NCBI RefSeq assembly: GCF_016026235.1
Contig: NZ_CP065613.1
Reading direction: 5' to 3' (one strand)
Source: Escherichia coli
GTDB lineage: Bacteria; Pseudomonadota; Gammaproteobacteria; Enterobacterales; Enterobacteriaceae
DNA: 64,000 bases
Shown piece after piece: positions 23,824 to 33,105 of this stretch. Both the position numbers and the translations under genes were made by a program. Each line of letters opens with the position of its first letter. Within the stretch, counting starts at the first letter, position 1. Below the pieces are notes generated by a model. The model was not told the DNA's origin. It saw only the letters and a program-made list of their open reading frames with translations, and did no database searches.

Positions 23824-24290
23824 AAGTCCGAAACAGGACTCACTGTATAAATAAACAGCCATTTTGCTAAGGAAGGGTAAGATAACGGCGGGTGCCTGAA
23901 GCTTTCCGGTTTCAGGTTAACTCTGAGGTCTGGAAAGATGAAGCCCCAGGAGATATTTCTATCAATCCTGGGGCTGCCACTCCGAGCCTCAACAACTCGG
24001 ATGGTAGTCCCTTCTTCGCATGGAGGCAATATAAACATGCTGACGAAATATGCCCTTGTGGCAGTCATAGTGCTGTGTTTGACGGTGCTGGGATTTACGC
24101 TTCTGGTCGGAGAGTCGCTGTGTGAGTTCACCGTAAAGGAACGTAATATTGAGTTTAAGGCTGTTCTCGCTTACGAACCGAAGAAGTAGTCGTTGTGCGG
24201 GGAGCAATCCCCGCATATCCGGTTGTCAGGTCAGAGTGGTAAGGCACCTGCTTTACACTTTCGCCCGCAGTCAGTGATGGCTGCGGGCGA
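23824..24290 (+). repeat. hok-type locus, tandem copy 2 (uninterrupted)
   Basis: Aligns to copy 1 and to the displaced copy 1 3' end at 23699-23796, including the terminal hairpin at 24263-24289. Confidence 0.75.
24037..24189 (+). CDS. Hok-family type I toxin (50 aa), copy 2
   Basis: [50 protein letters not shown]; differs from copy 1 at two residues (D/E and R/K). Confidence 0.8.
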   Translation: MLTKYALVAVIVLCLTVLGFTLLVGESLCEFTVKERNIEFKAVLAYEPKK

Positions 24291-24310
24291 ATCGTACCAG
24301 ATGTTGTCAA

Positions 24311-24940
24311 TTAATCGTGTTGGCACAGAGTTATGACTATTTTTTCTTTTATCTGCCAGTGCACAGCAAACATCTCATTCTCACGATGAATGATGACCTG
24401 CTGTTTATTCCAGCTAATTATCTGATAGTCCAGAAAACCTGCATCAGTTTGGATCTCACTTGCCTTAAATGCGCTCTCTTTGGCGGAAAATGCCAGTGTC
24501 AGCGCCAGAGAAAAGGCTAAACCGCAGTCTGCGAGTCGCTCGTGTTCTGCTGGTGTAATAATGTTGTCTGCCAATTCGGTCGCTGTTTGCGCAGAAAAAA
24601 TTTCTTCGATATCAACGCCAATCGGTTGACGGGAAACCACGGCCAATGCCGTAGCCCCGCAGTGGCTAATACTGCCGTATACCTCCGCAGGCCACACCGG
24701 TTGGCGTAGCTCGCCGATTGCGGGCACACATTTATAGCCATATTCCCGCAAGGCATAAACAGCAGCGATCCGTCCGGCTAAATGCTCTGTTTTACGTTTA
24801 CGTCCAGCGTGTTGCAGTTGTGCGTAGTGCGGCAGCCAGAGTAAATCCTGCTCACAAAAATTCGCCGGATCGAACTCAACAAAATGCAGCGTATGTCCGG
24901 CAAAGGGGAGGGAGGTATGCGTAGTTTTCATATCGACCAT
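24311..24940 (-). CDS. entD: 4'-phosphopantetheinyl transferase EntD
   Basis: 209-aa reading from MVDMKTTHTSLPF...; the 256-aa ORF in the track extends upstream into the REP element. Confidence 0.85.
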   Translation of the reverse strand: MVDMKTTHTSLPFAGHTLHFVEFDPANFCEQDLLWLPHYAQLQHAGRKRKTEHLAGRIAAVYALREYGYKCVPAIGELRQPVWPAEVYGSISHCGATALAVVSRQPIGVDIEEIFSAQTATELADNIITPAEHERLADCGLAFSLALTLAFSAKESAFKASEIQTDAGFLDYQIISWNKQQVIIHRENEMFAVHWQIKEKIVITLCQHD

Positions 24941-24967
24941 ATCCGAGACTGATGACAAACGCAAAAC

Positions 24968-25067
24968 TGCCTGATGCGCTACGCTTATCAGGCCTACATG
25001 GTCCTGCAATATATTGAATTGGCAAGATTTTTGTAGGCCGGATAAGGCGTTCACGCCGCATCCGGCA
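24968..25067. repeat. BIME: two inverted REP elements, between fepA and entD
   Basis: TGCCTGATGCGCTACGCTTATCAGGCCTAC and TGTAGGCCGGATAAGGCGTTCACGCCGCATCCGGCA; same architecture as the BIME at 19031-19116. Confidence 0.6.
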
Positions 25068-25105
25068 TGAACGACGCGCACTTTGTCAACAATCTGACGT
25101 TAGCA

Positions 25106-27346
25106 TCAGAAGTGAGTGTTTACGCTCATATACCACGTACGTCCCGGTTCGTTATAGGTATACGCCCCGGCACCGGCGATATAGTTGGCCCCTGCCAAAT
25201 CGCCCGTGGTCTGGGCATTACCCGCACGCCACAAACGTTTGTCGAACAGATTGTCCACGCCGCCGGTCAGACTGACATTCTTCGTCACATCCCACGTCGC
25301 GCTCAGCCCAACAATGCTGTAAGGACTAATTTCTTTGGTTTCCGGTCCAACCGCTGGCTGACCTTTATAGTTGTACTTCTTCGGCTGCTGCTTACCGTAC
25401 CAGGTGAAGGTCGTTTGCATCGACAAATCTTCTCGTGCCTGCCAGCTCAGCGTTGAGTTCAACGTATACTCCGGGATGATCGACAAACGGTCGCCCGTGG
25501 TTTTGTTTTCACTCTTCAGCATATAAGTGATGTTATTAGTCCACATCACCGTTTCGCTAACCGGTACGTTTAACGATCCTTCCAGACCTTCAACCACCGC
25601 TTTCGGCACGTTATCCCACTGATAGAGATCGGTGCCGACTGCGTTTTGCCCTACAGCCACATAGCCCGCTTCAATCTTATTGCGATAATCGTTACGGAAC
25701 CAGGTGACGCCCGCCAGCCAGCCGTCGCGTTTGAACTCCAGACCAATCTCCTTGTTGATGCTGGTTTCTGCTTTCAGGTCATCGTTACCTTGCAGATAGC
25801 AGCCGCCCGTGCTGGCATAGCAGCCCTGGCCTTTACTGTAGAGAATGTAGTTCGGGTTAGTCTGGTACAGGCTCGGCGCTTTATAAGCACGGGCAATGCC
25901 CATTTTCAGCGTGAAGTCATCGCCTAAACCTTGCGATATGTTCAGCGCCGGGCTCCAGTTATTGCCGACAATGCTGTGATGATCGAAACGCAGCCCCGGC
26001 GTTACGATGGTGCTGTCAGTCAGCTCCATGTTGTTTTCGGCAAATAGCGAGAAAATTTCTGCTTTTGAATACGGGCTACGGTCGGTGGCACTCACACCAT
26101 CAATAGCGCCGCCGGTGTTCGTCCCGGTCAGAGCCTGGGTATTGGAACTCAAGTCCTTCATCCGCTGCTGATTCCACTCCGTACCCAGCGTCAGCGTCTG
26201 GTTAACGAGGAAATCAATCGGCAGGTTAACTTCACTGTGCAGCATCACGTCATCAAGATCGATATCGACGAAATCCTGTGTCGCTTTTTCGTTAAATTTC
26301 CCTTCGGTACCGCCCGCCAGACCTTCCGGAATACGCGAGTTACGGGTGTGTTCGTACTGCACCCAGTTGCTGGTGGTCACGCCGTTATCCCAGCCACCGT
26401 TCCAGGTCAGCGAGTAGTTCTGGCGATACAGGCGGTTGGTTTCATCGCCATATTTCGAGCGAGTGTAAGCGTCAGAGTTGGTGTTCTGGGTATCGCCTGC
26501 ATACAGGTTACCCTGGCGGCTGTAACCCGCTTCCAGTTCGAGTGATTGCAGAGGCGCAAAGTCCCAGCGCACCACGCCGTTAATATCTTTATTGATCACC
26601 CCTTCGCGCCCGGCTGGTAACGTCGTGGCATACGTTCCGGCACGCGCGGACTGATGGCCCTGGTTGATATCCCACGCGTCAGCCTGAGTTTTGTCGAGGT
26701 TGCCATACAAGCGGAAGCTGAATTCGTCGCCCAGCGGACCGGTCAGGCTAAAGTTAGTGCGTTTGGTGGCACCTTCCTCTTTATGTTCTGGCGCATTGAA
26801 ATATGCGTCCCAGGAGCCGTGCCACTCGCCGCTGCCTTTTTTGGTAATGATGTTAACCACGCCGCCCGCCGCGCCGTTGCCATAACGCGCAGCTGCCGGA
26901 CCACGCAGAACTTCAATACGTTCAATCATTTCAGGTGGCACCCAGGAGGTATCACCACGGGTATCGCGCTCGCCACGCCAGCCCTGACGCACCGAGTTAC
27001 GGCTGCTTACCGGCTTGCCGTCAATCAAAATCAGCGTGTTTTCCGGACCCATACCGCGAATATCAATCTGTCGGTTATTCCCTCGCTGACCACTGGTGGA
27101 GTTACCGGTCAGGTTAACGCCTGGCATGGTACGGATGATCTCCGACACATCGCGGGCAACGGGGTTTTTGCGGATTTCATCTGCGGTGATGGTCGAAACG
27201 CCAGGCGCCTGTAAGTTCTGCTCGGCGGCGGTAACGACAATAGTATCGTCATGTGAAACAGGAGTATCGGTCGGCTCTTGTGCCTGCGCTACCCCATAAA
27301 TCCCCAGATTGACCAACAAGGCCAGGGAATGAATCTTCTTGTTCAT
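25106..27346 (-). CDS. fepA: TonB-dependent ferric enterobactin outer-membrane receptor FepA
   Basis: 746-aa reading from MNKKIHSLALLVNLGIYGVAQA (signal peptide), with TonB-box region and C-terminal aromatic residue; the track ORF extends 20 codons upstream. Confidence 0.95.
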   Translation of the reverse strand: MNKKIHSLALLVNLGIYGVAQAQEPTDTPVSHDDTIVVTAAEQNLQAPGVSTITADEIRKNPVARDVSEIIRTMPGVNLTGNSTSGQRGNNRQIDIRGMGPENTLILIDGKPVSSRNSVRQGWRGERDTRGDTSWVPPEMIERIEVLRGPAAARYGNGAAGGVVNIITKKGSGEWHGSWDAYFNAPEHKEEGATKRTNFSLTGPLGDEFSFRLYGNLDKTQADAWDINQGHQSARAGTYATTLPAGREGVINKDINGVVRWDFAPLQSLELEAGYSRQGNLYAGDTQNTNSDAYTRSKYGDETNRLYRQNYSLTWNGGWDNGVTTSNWVQYEHTRNSRIPEGLAGGTEGKFNEKATQDFVDIDLDDVMLHSEVNLPIDFLVNQTLTLGTEWNQQRMKDLSSNTQALTGTNTGGAIDGVSATDRSPYSKAEIFSLFAENNMELTDSTIVTPGLRFDHHSIVGNNWSPALNISQGLGDDFTLKMGIARAYKAPSLYQTNPNYILYSKGQGCYASTGGCYLQGNDDLKAETSINKEIGLEFKRDGWLAGVTWFRNDYRNKIEAGYVAVGQNAVGTDLYQWDNVPKAVVEGLEGSLNVPVSETVMWTNNITYMLKSENKTTGDRLSIIPEYTLNSTLSWQAREDLSMQTTFTWYGKQQPKKYNYKGQPAVGPETKEISPYSIVGLSATWDVTKNVSLTGGVDNLFDKRLWRAGNAQTTGDLAGANYIAGAGAYTYNEPGRTWYMSVNTHF

Positions 27347-27504
27347 TGTTTTATTCCTGCATTTTTGCCACGAATTGCAACTGTCGGGCATGGTCGTCAT
27401 CAACACGACGCATCCCGCTACCGCGAAAACCTTTGATCCTGAAAGACACGCAGTGCAGTTGGTTAATTAATGTCCGCGCTTCCCACGGCGCACCATTACG
27501 CTAT

Positions 27505-27545
27505 TGCAAATGCAAATAGTTATCAATAATATTATCAATATATTT
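27505..27545. promoter_or_regulatory. Fur box(es) in the divergent fepA / fes promoter region
   Basis: ATTGCAAATGCAAATAGTTATCAATAATATTATCAATAT contains overlapping GATAAT-like hexamer repeats. Confidence 0.55.
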
Positions 27546-27588
27546 CTGCAATCAATGAAAAATTGCACAGTAAACATGGGGTTATGGT

Positions 27589-28791
27589 GTGACGGCGTTA
27601 AAAGTAGGAAGTGAGAGCTGGTGGCAGTCGAAACATGGCCCGGAATGGCAGCGTCTGAATGACGAAATGTTTGAGGTCACTTTCTGGTGGCGTGATCCCC
27701 AAGGTTCTGAAGAATACTCGACGATAAAGCGCGTATGGATCTACATCACTGGTGTGACCGATCATCATCAGAACAGCCAGCCCCAGTCGATGCAGCGAAT
27801 TGCAGGTACTGATGTCTGGCAGTGGACGACACAACTCAATGCCAACTGGCGCGGCAGCTACTGCTTTATTCCCACCGAACGCGATGACATTTTTTCTGCA
27901 CCATCCCCCGATCGCCTCGAATTACGTGAAGGCTGGCGAAAACTATTACCCCAGGCAATAGCCGATCCGCTGAATCCACAAAGCTGGAAAGGCGGGCGAG
28001 GGCACGCTGTTTCTGCACTCGAAATGCCGCAAGCGCCTCTGCAACCGGGATGGGATTGTCCGCAAGCGCCAGAAATACCAGCCAAAGAAATTATCTGGAA
28101 AAGTGAACGGTTGAAAAATTCACGTCGTGTATGGATTTTTACCACCGGCGATGTAACAGCAGAAGAACGCCCGCTGGCAGTTTTGCTCGATGGCGAATTT
28201 TGGGCGCAAAGTATGCCCGTCTGGCCTGTGCTGACTTCGCTGACCCATCGTCAGCAACTTCCTCCCGCCGTGTATGTGTTGATCGACGCTATCGACACCA
28301 CGCACCGCGCCCACGAACTGCCGTGTAATGCGGATTTCTGGCTGGCAGTACAGCAAGAGTTATTACCCCTGGTGAAAGCTATTGCCCCTTTTAGCGATCG
28401 CGCCGATCGCACCGTGGTCGCCGGGCAGAGTTTTGGTGGGCTGTCCGCGCTGTATGCCGGACTGCACTGGCCTGAACGCTTTGGCTGTGTATTAAGCCAG
28501 TCAGGATCGTACTGGTGGCCGCATCGGGGCGGGCAGCAAGAGGGCGTGTTACTTGAAAAGCTAAAAGCTGGTGAAGTTAGCGCCGAAGGTCTACGCATTG
28601 TGCTGGAAGCGGGTATTCGCGAGCCGATGATCATGCGGGCCAATCAGGCGCTGTATGCGCAATTACACCCTATAAAAGAATCCATTTTCTGGCGTCAGGT
28701 TGACGGCGGACATGATGCGCTTTGTTGGCGCGGTGGCTTGATGCAGGGGTTAATCGACCTCTGGCAACCACTTTTCCATGACAGGAGTTGA
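27589..28791 (+). CDS. fes: Ferric enterobactin esterase Fes
   Basis: 400-aa ORF from a GTG start, with an esterase region containing GQSFGG. Confidence 0.9.
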   Translation: MTALKVGSESWWQSKHGPEWQRLNDEMFEVTFWWRDPQGSEEYSTIKRVWIYITGVTDHHQNSQPQSMQRIAGTDVWQWTTQLNANWRGSYCFIPTERDDIFSAPSPDRLELREGWRKLLPQAIADPLNPQSWKGGRGHAVSALEMPQAPLQPGWDCPQAPEIPAKEIIWKSERLKNSRRVWIFTTGDVTAEERPLAVLLDGEFWAQSMPVWPVLTSLTHRQQLPPAVYVLIDAIDTTHRAHELPCNADFWLAVQQELLPLVKAIAPFSDRADRTVVAGQSFGGLSALYAGLHWPERFGCVLSQSGSYWWPHRGGQQEGVLLEKLKAGEVSAEGLRIVLEAGIREPMIMRANQALYAQLHPIKESIFWRQVDGGHDALCWRGGLMQGLIDLWQPLFHDRS

Positions 28792-28793
28792 AT

Positions 28794-29012
28794 ATGGCAT
28801 TCAGTAATCCCTTCGATGATCCACAGGGAGCGTTTTACATTTTGCGCAATGCGCAGGGGCAATTCAGTCTGTGGCCGCAACAATGCGCCTTACCGGCAGG
28901 CTGGGACATTGTGTGTCAGCCGCAGTCACAAGAGTCCTGCCAGCAGTGGCTTGAAGCCCACTGGCGTACTCTGACACCGGCGAATTTCACCCAGTTGCAG
29001 GAGGCACAATGA
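28794..29012 (+). CDS. ybdZ: MbtH-like protein YbdZ (NRPS partner of EntF)
   Basis: 72-aa reading MAFSNPFDDPQGAFYILRNAQGQFSLWP... with the conserved MbtH Trp residues; its stop overlaps the entF start (ATGA). Confidence 0.85.
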   Translation: MAFSNPFDDPQGAFYILRNAQGQFSLWPQQCALPAGWDIVCQPQSQESCQQWLEAHWRTLTPANFTQLQEAQ

Positions 29013-32000
29013 GCCAGCATTTACCTTTGGTCGCCGCACAGCCCGGCATCTGGATGGCAGAAAAACTGTCGGATTTACCCTCCGCCTGGAGCGTGGCGCA
29101 TTACGTTGAGTTAACCGGAGAGGTTGATGCGCCATTACTGGCCCGCGCGGTGGTTGCCGGATTAGCGCAAGCAGATACGCTGCGGATGCGTTTTACGGAA
29201 GATAACGGCGAAGTCTGGCAGTGGGTCGATGATGCGCTGACGTTCGAACTGCCAGAAATTATCGACCTGCGAACCAATATTGATCCGCACGGTACTGCGC
29301 AGGCATTAATGCAGGCGGATTTGCAACAAGATTTGCGCGTCGATAGCGGTAAACCACTGGTCTTTCACCAGCTGATACAGGTGGCAGATAACCGCTGGTA
29401 CTGGTATCAGCGTTATCACCATTTACTGGTCGATGGCTTCAGTTTTCCGGCCATTACCCGCCAGATCGCCAACATTTACTGCGCATTGCTGCGTGGCGAA
29501 CCAACGCCTGCTTCGCCGTTTACGCCTTTCGCTGATGTAGTGGAAGAGTACCAGCAATACCGCGAAAGCGAAGCCTGGCAGCGTGATGCGGCATTCTGGG
29601 TGGAACAGCGTCGCCAACTGCCACCGCCCGCGTCACTTTCTCCGGCACCTTTACCGGGGCGTAGCGCCTCGGCAGATATTCTGCGCCTGAAACTGGAATT
29701 TACCGACGGGGAATTCCGCCAGTTGGCTGCGCAACTTTCAGGTGTGCAGCGTACCGATTTAGCCCTTGCGCTGGCAGCCTTGTGGCTGGGGCGATTGTGC
29801 AATCGCATGGACTACGCCGCCGGATTTATCTTTATGCGTCGACTGGGCTCGGCGGCGCTGACGGCTACCGGACCCGTGCTCAACGTTTTACCGTTGGGTA
29901 TTCACATTGCGGCGCAAGAAACGCTGCCGGAACTGGCAACCCGACTGGCAGCACAACTGAAAAAAATGCGTCGCCATCAACGTTACGATGCCGAACAAAT
30001 TGTCCGTGACAGTGGGCGAGCGGCAGGTGATGAACCGCTGTTTGGTCCGGTACTCAATATCAAGGTATTTGATTACCAACTGGATATTCCTGATGTTCAG
30101 GCGCAAACCCATACCCTGGCAACTGGGCCGGTTAATGACCTTGAACTGGCCCTGTTCCCGGATGAACACGGTGATTTGAGTATTGAGATCCTCGCCAATA
30201 AACAGCGTTACGCTGAGCCAACGTTAATCCAGCATGCTGAACGCCTGAAAATGCTGATCGCCCAATTCGCCGCGGATCCGGCGCTGTTGTGCGGCGATGT
30301 CGATATTATGCTGCCAGGTGAGTATGCGCAGCTGGCGCAGATCAACGCCACTCAGGTTGAGATTCCAGAAACCACGCTTAGCGCGCTGGTGGCAGAACAA
30401 GCGGAAAAAACACCGGATGCTCCGGCGCTGGCAGATGCGCGTTACCAGTTCAGCTATCGGGAAATGCGTGAGCAGGTGGTGGCGCTGGCGAATCTGCTGC
30501 GTGAGCGCGGCGTTAAACCAGGGGACAGCGTGGCGGTGGCACTACCGCGCTCGGTCTTTTTGACCCTGGCACTCCATGCGATAGTTGAAGCTGGCGCGGC
30601 CTGGCTACCGCTGGATACCGGCTATCCGGACGATCGCCTGAAAATGATGCTGGAAGATGCGCGTCCGTCGCTGTTAATCACCACCGACGATCAACTGCCG
30701 CGCTTTGTTGATGTTCCAGATTTAACCAGCCTTTGCTATAACGCCCCGCTTACACCGCAGGGCAGTGCGCCGCTGCAACTTTCACAACCGCATCACACGG
30801 CTTATATCATCTTTACCTCTGGCTCCACCGGCAGGCCGAAAGGGGTAATGGTCGGGCAGACGGCTATCGTCAACCGCCTGTTGTGGATGCAAAATCATTA
30901 TCCGCTCACAGGCGAAGATGTCGTTGCCCAAAAAACGCCGTGCAGTTTTGATGTCTCGGTGTGGGAGTTTTTCTGGCCGTTTATTGCCGGGGCTAAACTA
31001 GTGATGGCTGAACCGGAAGCGCACCGCGACCCGCTTGCTATGCAGCAATTCTTTGCCGAATATGGCGTAACGACCACGCACTTTGTGCCGTCGATGCTGG
31101 CGGCATTTGTTGCATTGCTGACTCCGCAAACCGCTCGCCAGAATTGCGCGACGTTGAAACAGGTTTTCTGTAGTGGTGAGGCCTTACCGGCTGATTTATG
31201 CCGCGAATGGCAACAGTTAACGGGCGCGCCGTTGCATAATCTATATGGCCCGACGGAAGCGGCGGTAGATGTGAGCTGGTATCCGGCTTTTGGCGAGGAA
31301 CTGGCACAGGTGCGCGGCAGCAGTGTGCCGATTGGTTATCCGGTGTGGAATACGGGCTTGCGCATTCTCGATGCGATGATGCATCCGGTGCCGCCGGGTG
31401 TGGCGGGAGATCTCTATCTCACCGGTATTCAACTGGCGCAGGGGTATCTTGGACGACCCGATCTGACCGCCAGCCGCTTTATTGCCGATCCTTTTGTCCC
31501 TGGTGAACGGATGTACCGTACCGGAGACGTTGCCCGCTGGCTGGATAACGGCGCGGTGGAGTACCTCGGGCGCAGTGACGATCAGCTAAAAATTCGCGGG
31601 CAGCGTATTGAACTGGGCGAAATCGATCGCGTGATGCAGGCGCTGCCGGATGTCGAACAAGCCGTTACCCACGCCTGTGTGATTAACCAGGCGGCAGCCA
31701 CCGGTGGTGATGCGCGTCAGTTGGTGGGCTATCTGGTGTCGCAATCAGGTCTGCCGTTGGATACCAGCGTATTACAGGCACAGCTTCGCGAAACATTGCC
31801 GCCGCATATGGTGCCGGTCGTTCTGCTGCAACTTCCACAGTTACCTCTTAGCGCCAACGGCAAGCTGGATCGCAAAGCCTTACCGTTGCCTGAACTTAAG
31901 GCACAAACGCCGGGGCGTGCGCCGAAAGCGGGCAGTGAAACGATTATCGCTGCGGCATTCGCGTCGTTGCTGGGTTGTGACGTGCAGGATGCCGATGCTG

Positions 32001-32890
32001 ATTTCTTCGCGCTTGGCGGTCATTCGCTACTGGCAATGAAACTGGCAGCGCAGTTAAGTCGACAGTTTGCTCGTCAGGTGACGCCGGGGCAGGTGATGGT
32101 CGCGTCAACCGTCGCCAAACTGGCAACGATTATTGATGGTGAAGAAGACAGCTCCCGGCGCATGGGATTCGAAACCATTCTGCCGTTGCGTGAAGGTAAT
32201 GGCCCGACGCTGTTTTGTTTCCATCCGGCATCCGGTTTTGCCTGGCAGTTTAGCGTGCTCTCGCGTTATCTCGATCCACTATGGTCGATTATCGGCATTC
32301 AGTCGCCGCGCCCTCATGGCCCCATGCAGACAGCGACGAACCTGGATGAAGTCTGCGAAGCGCATCTGGCAACGTTACTTGAACAACAACCGCACGGCCC
32401 TTATTACCTGCTGGGGTATTCCCTTGGCGGTACGCTGGCGCAGGGCATTGCGGCGCGACTACGTGCCCGTGGCGAACAGGTGGCATTTCTTGGCTTGCTG
32501 GATACCTGGCCGCCAGAAACGCAAAACTGGCAGGAAAAAGAAGCTAATGGTCTGGACCCGGAAGTGCTGGCGGAGATTAACCGCGAGCGCGAGGCCTTCC
32601 TGGCGGCACAGCAGGGAAGTACTTCAACGGAGTTGTTTACCACCATTGAAGGCAACTACGCTGATGCTGTGCGCCTGCTGACGACTGCTCATAGCGTACC
32701 GTTTGATGGTAAAGCGACGCTGTTTGTTGCTGAACGTACGCTTCAGGAAGGTATGAGCCCCGAACGCGCCTGGTCGCCGTGGATTGCGGAGCTGGATATC
32801 TATCGTCAGGATTGTGCGCATGTGGATATTATCTCTCCAGGGGCATTTGAAAAAATTGGGCCGATTATTCGCGCAACGCTAAACAGATAA
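29009..32890 (+). CDS. entF: Enterobactin non-ribosomal peptide synthetase EntF (C-A-T-TE)
   Basis: 1293-aa ORF with HHLLVDG (condensation), FTSGSTGRPKG (adenylation), FFALGGHSL (carrier) and GYSLGG (thioesterase) motifs. Confidence 0.95.
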   Translation: MSQHLPLVAAQPGIWMAEKLSDLPSAWSVAHYVELTGEVDAPLLARAVVAGLAQADTLRMRFTEDNGEVWQWVDDALTFELPEIIDLRTNIDPHGTAQALMQADLQQDLRVDSGKPLVFHQLIQVADNRWYWYQRYHHLLVDGFSFPAITRQIANIYCALLRGEPTPASPFTPFADVVEEYQQYRESEAWQRDAAFWVEQRRQLPPPASLSPAPLPGRSASADILRLKLEFTDGEFRQLAAQLSGVQRTDLALALAALWLGRLCNRMDYAAGFIFMRRLGSAALTATGPVLNVLPLGIHIAAQETLPELATRLAAQLKKMRRHQRYDAEQIVRDSGRAAGDEPLFGPVLNIKVFDYQLDIPDVQAQTHTLATGPVNDLELALFPDEHGDLSIEILANKQRYAEPTLIQHAERLKMLIAQFAADPALLCGDVDIMLPGEYAQLAQINATQVEIPETTLSALVAEQAEKTPDAPALADARYQFSYREMREQVVALANLLRERGVKPGDSVAVALPRSVFLTLALHAIVEAGAAWLPLDTGYPDDRLKMMLEDARPSLLITTDDQLPRFVDVPDLTSLCYNAPLTPQGSAPLQLSQPHHTAYIIFTSGSTGRPKGVMVGQTAIVNRLLWMQNHYPLTGEDVVAQKTPCSFDVSVWEFFWPFIAGAKLVMAEPEAHRDPLAMQQFFAEYGVTTTHFVPSMLAAFVALLTPQTARQNCATLKQVFCSGEALPADLCREWQQLTGAPLHNLYGPTEAAVDVSWYPAFGEELAQVRGSSVPIGYPVWNTGLRILDAMMHPVPPGVAGDLYLTGIQLAQGYLGRPDLTASRFIADPFVPGERMYRTGDVARWLDNGAVEYLGRSDDQLKIRGQRIELGEIDRVMQALPDVEQAVTHACVINQAAATGGDARQLVGYLVSQSGLPLDTSVLQAQLRETLPPHMVPVVLLQLPQLPLSANGKLDRKALPLPELKAQTPGRAPKAGSETIIAAAFASLLGCDVQDADADFFALGGHSLLAMKLAAQLSRQFARQVTPGQVMVASTVAKLATIIDGEEDSSRRMGFETILPLREGNGPTLFCFHPASGFAWQFSVLSRYLDPLWSIIGIQSPRPHGPMQTATNLDEVCEAHLATLLEQQPHGPYYLLGYSLGGTLAQGIAARLRARGEQVAFLGLLDTWPPETQNWQEKEANGLDPEVLAEINREREAFLAAQQGSTSTELFTTIEGNYADAVRLLTTAHSVPFDGKATLFVAERTLQEGMSPERAWSPWIAELDIYRQDCAHVDIISPGAFEKIGPIIRATLNR

Positions 32891-32905
32891 ATTAACATTA
32901 TCTAT

Positions 32906-32950
32906 AAACCCATAATTGCAGGAAATAATTATGGGTTTATCATTTATTTA
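32906..32950 (+). terminator. Rho-independent terminator downstream of entF
   Basis: AAACCCATAATT / AATTATGGGTTT stem followed by a T-rich tract. Confidence 0.6.
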
Positions 32951-33105
32951 ATTTATAAGTTTGCTGGTTATTTTTCTTAAATAGAGTGAATGTTGCATTC
33001 AGTGGAATGAATTTACAAACTTCAGCTTCGGATAATTCTCACCAACTGGTAAAGTGAGCGCCGTGGAGATTTCCCCCTATTGGACTCATTTTCAGGTTAT
33101 ACCCC

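Noticed and set aside
22425-24131. 568-aa minus-strand ORF in the supplied track
   Set aside because: It is the transposase frame reading through the IS end into the hok locus; the real transposase starts at the ATG at 23613-23615, and the N-terminal 172 residues are translated flanking DNA.
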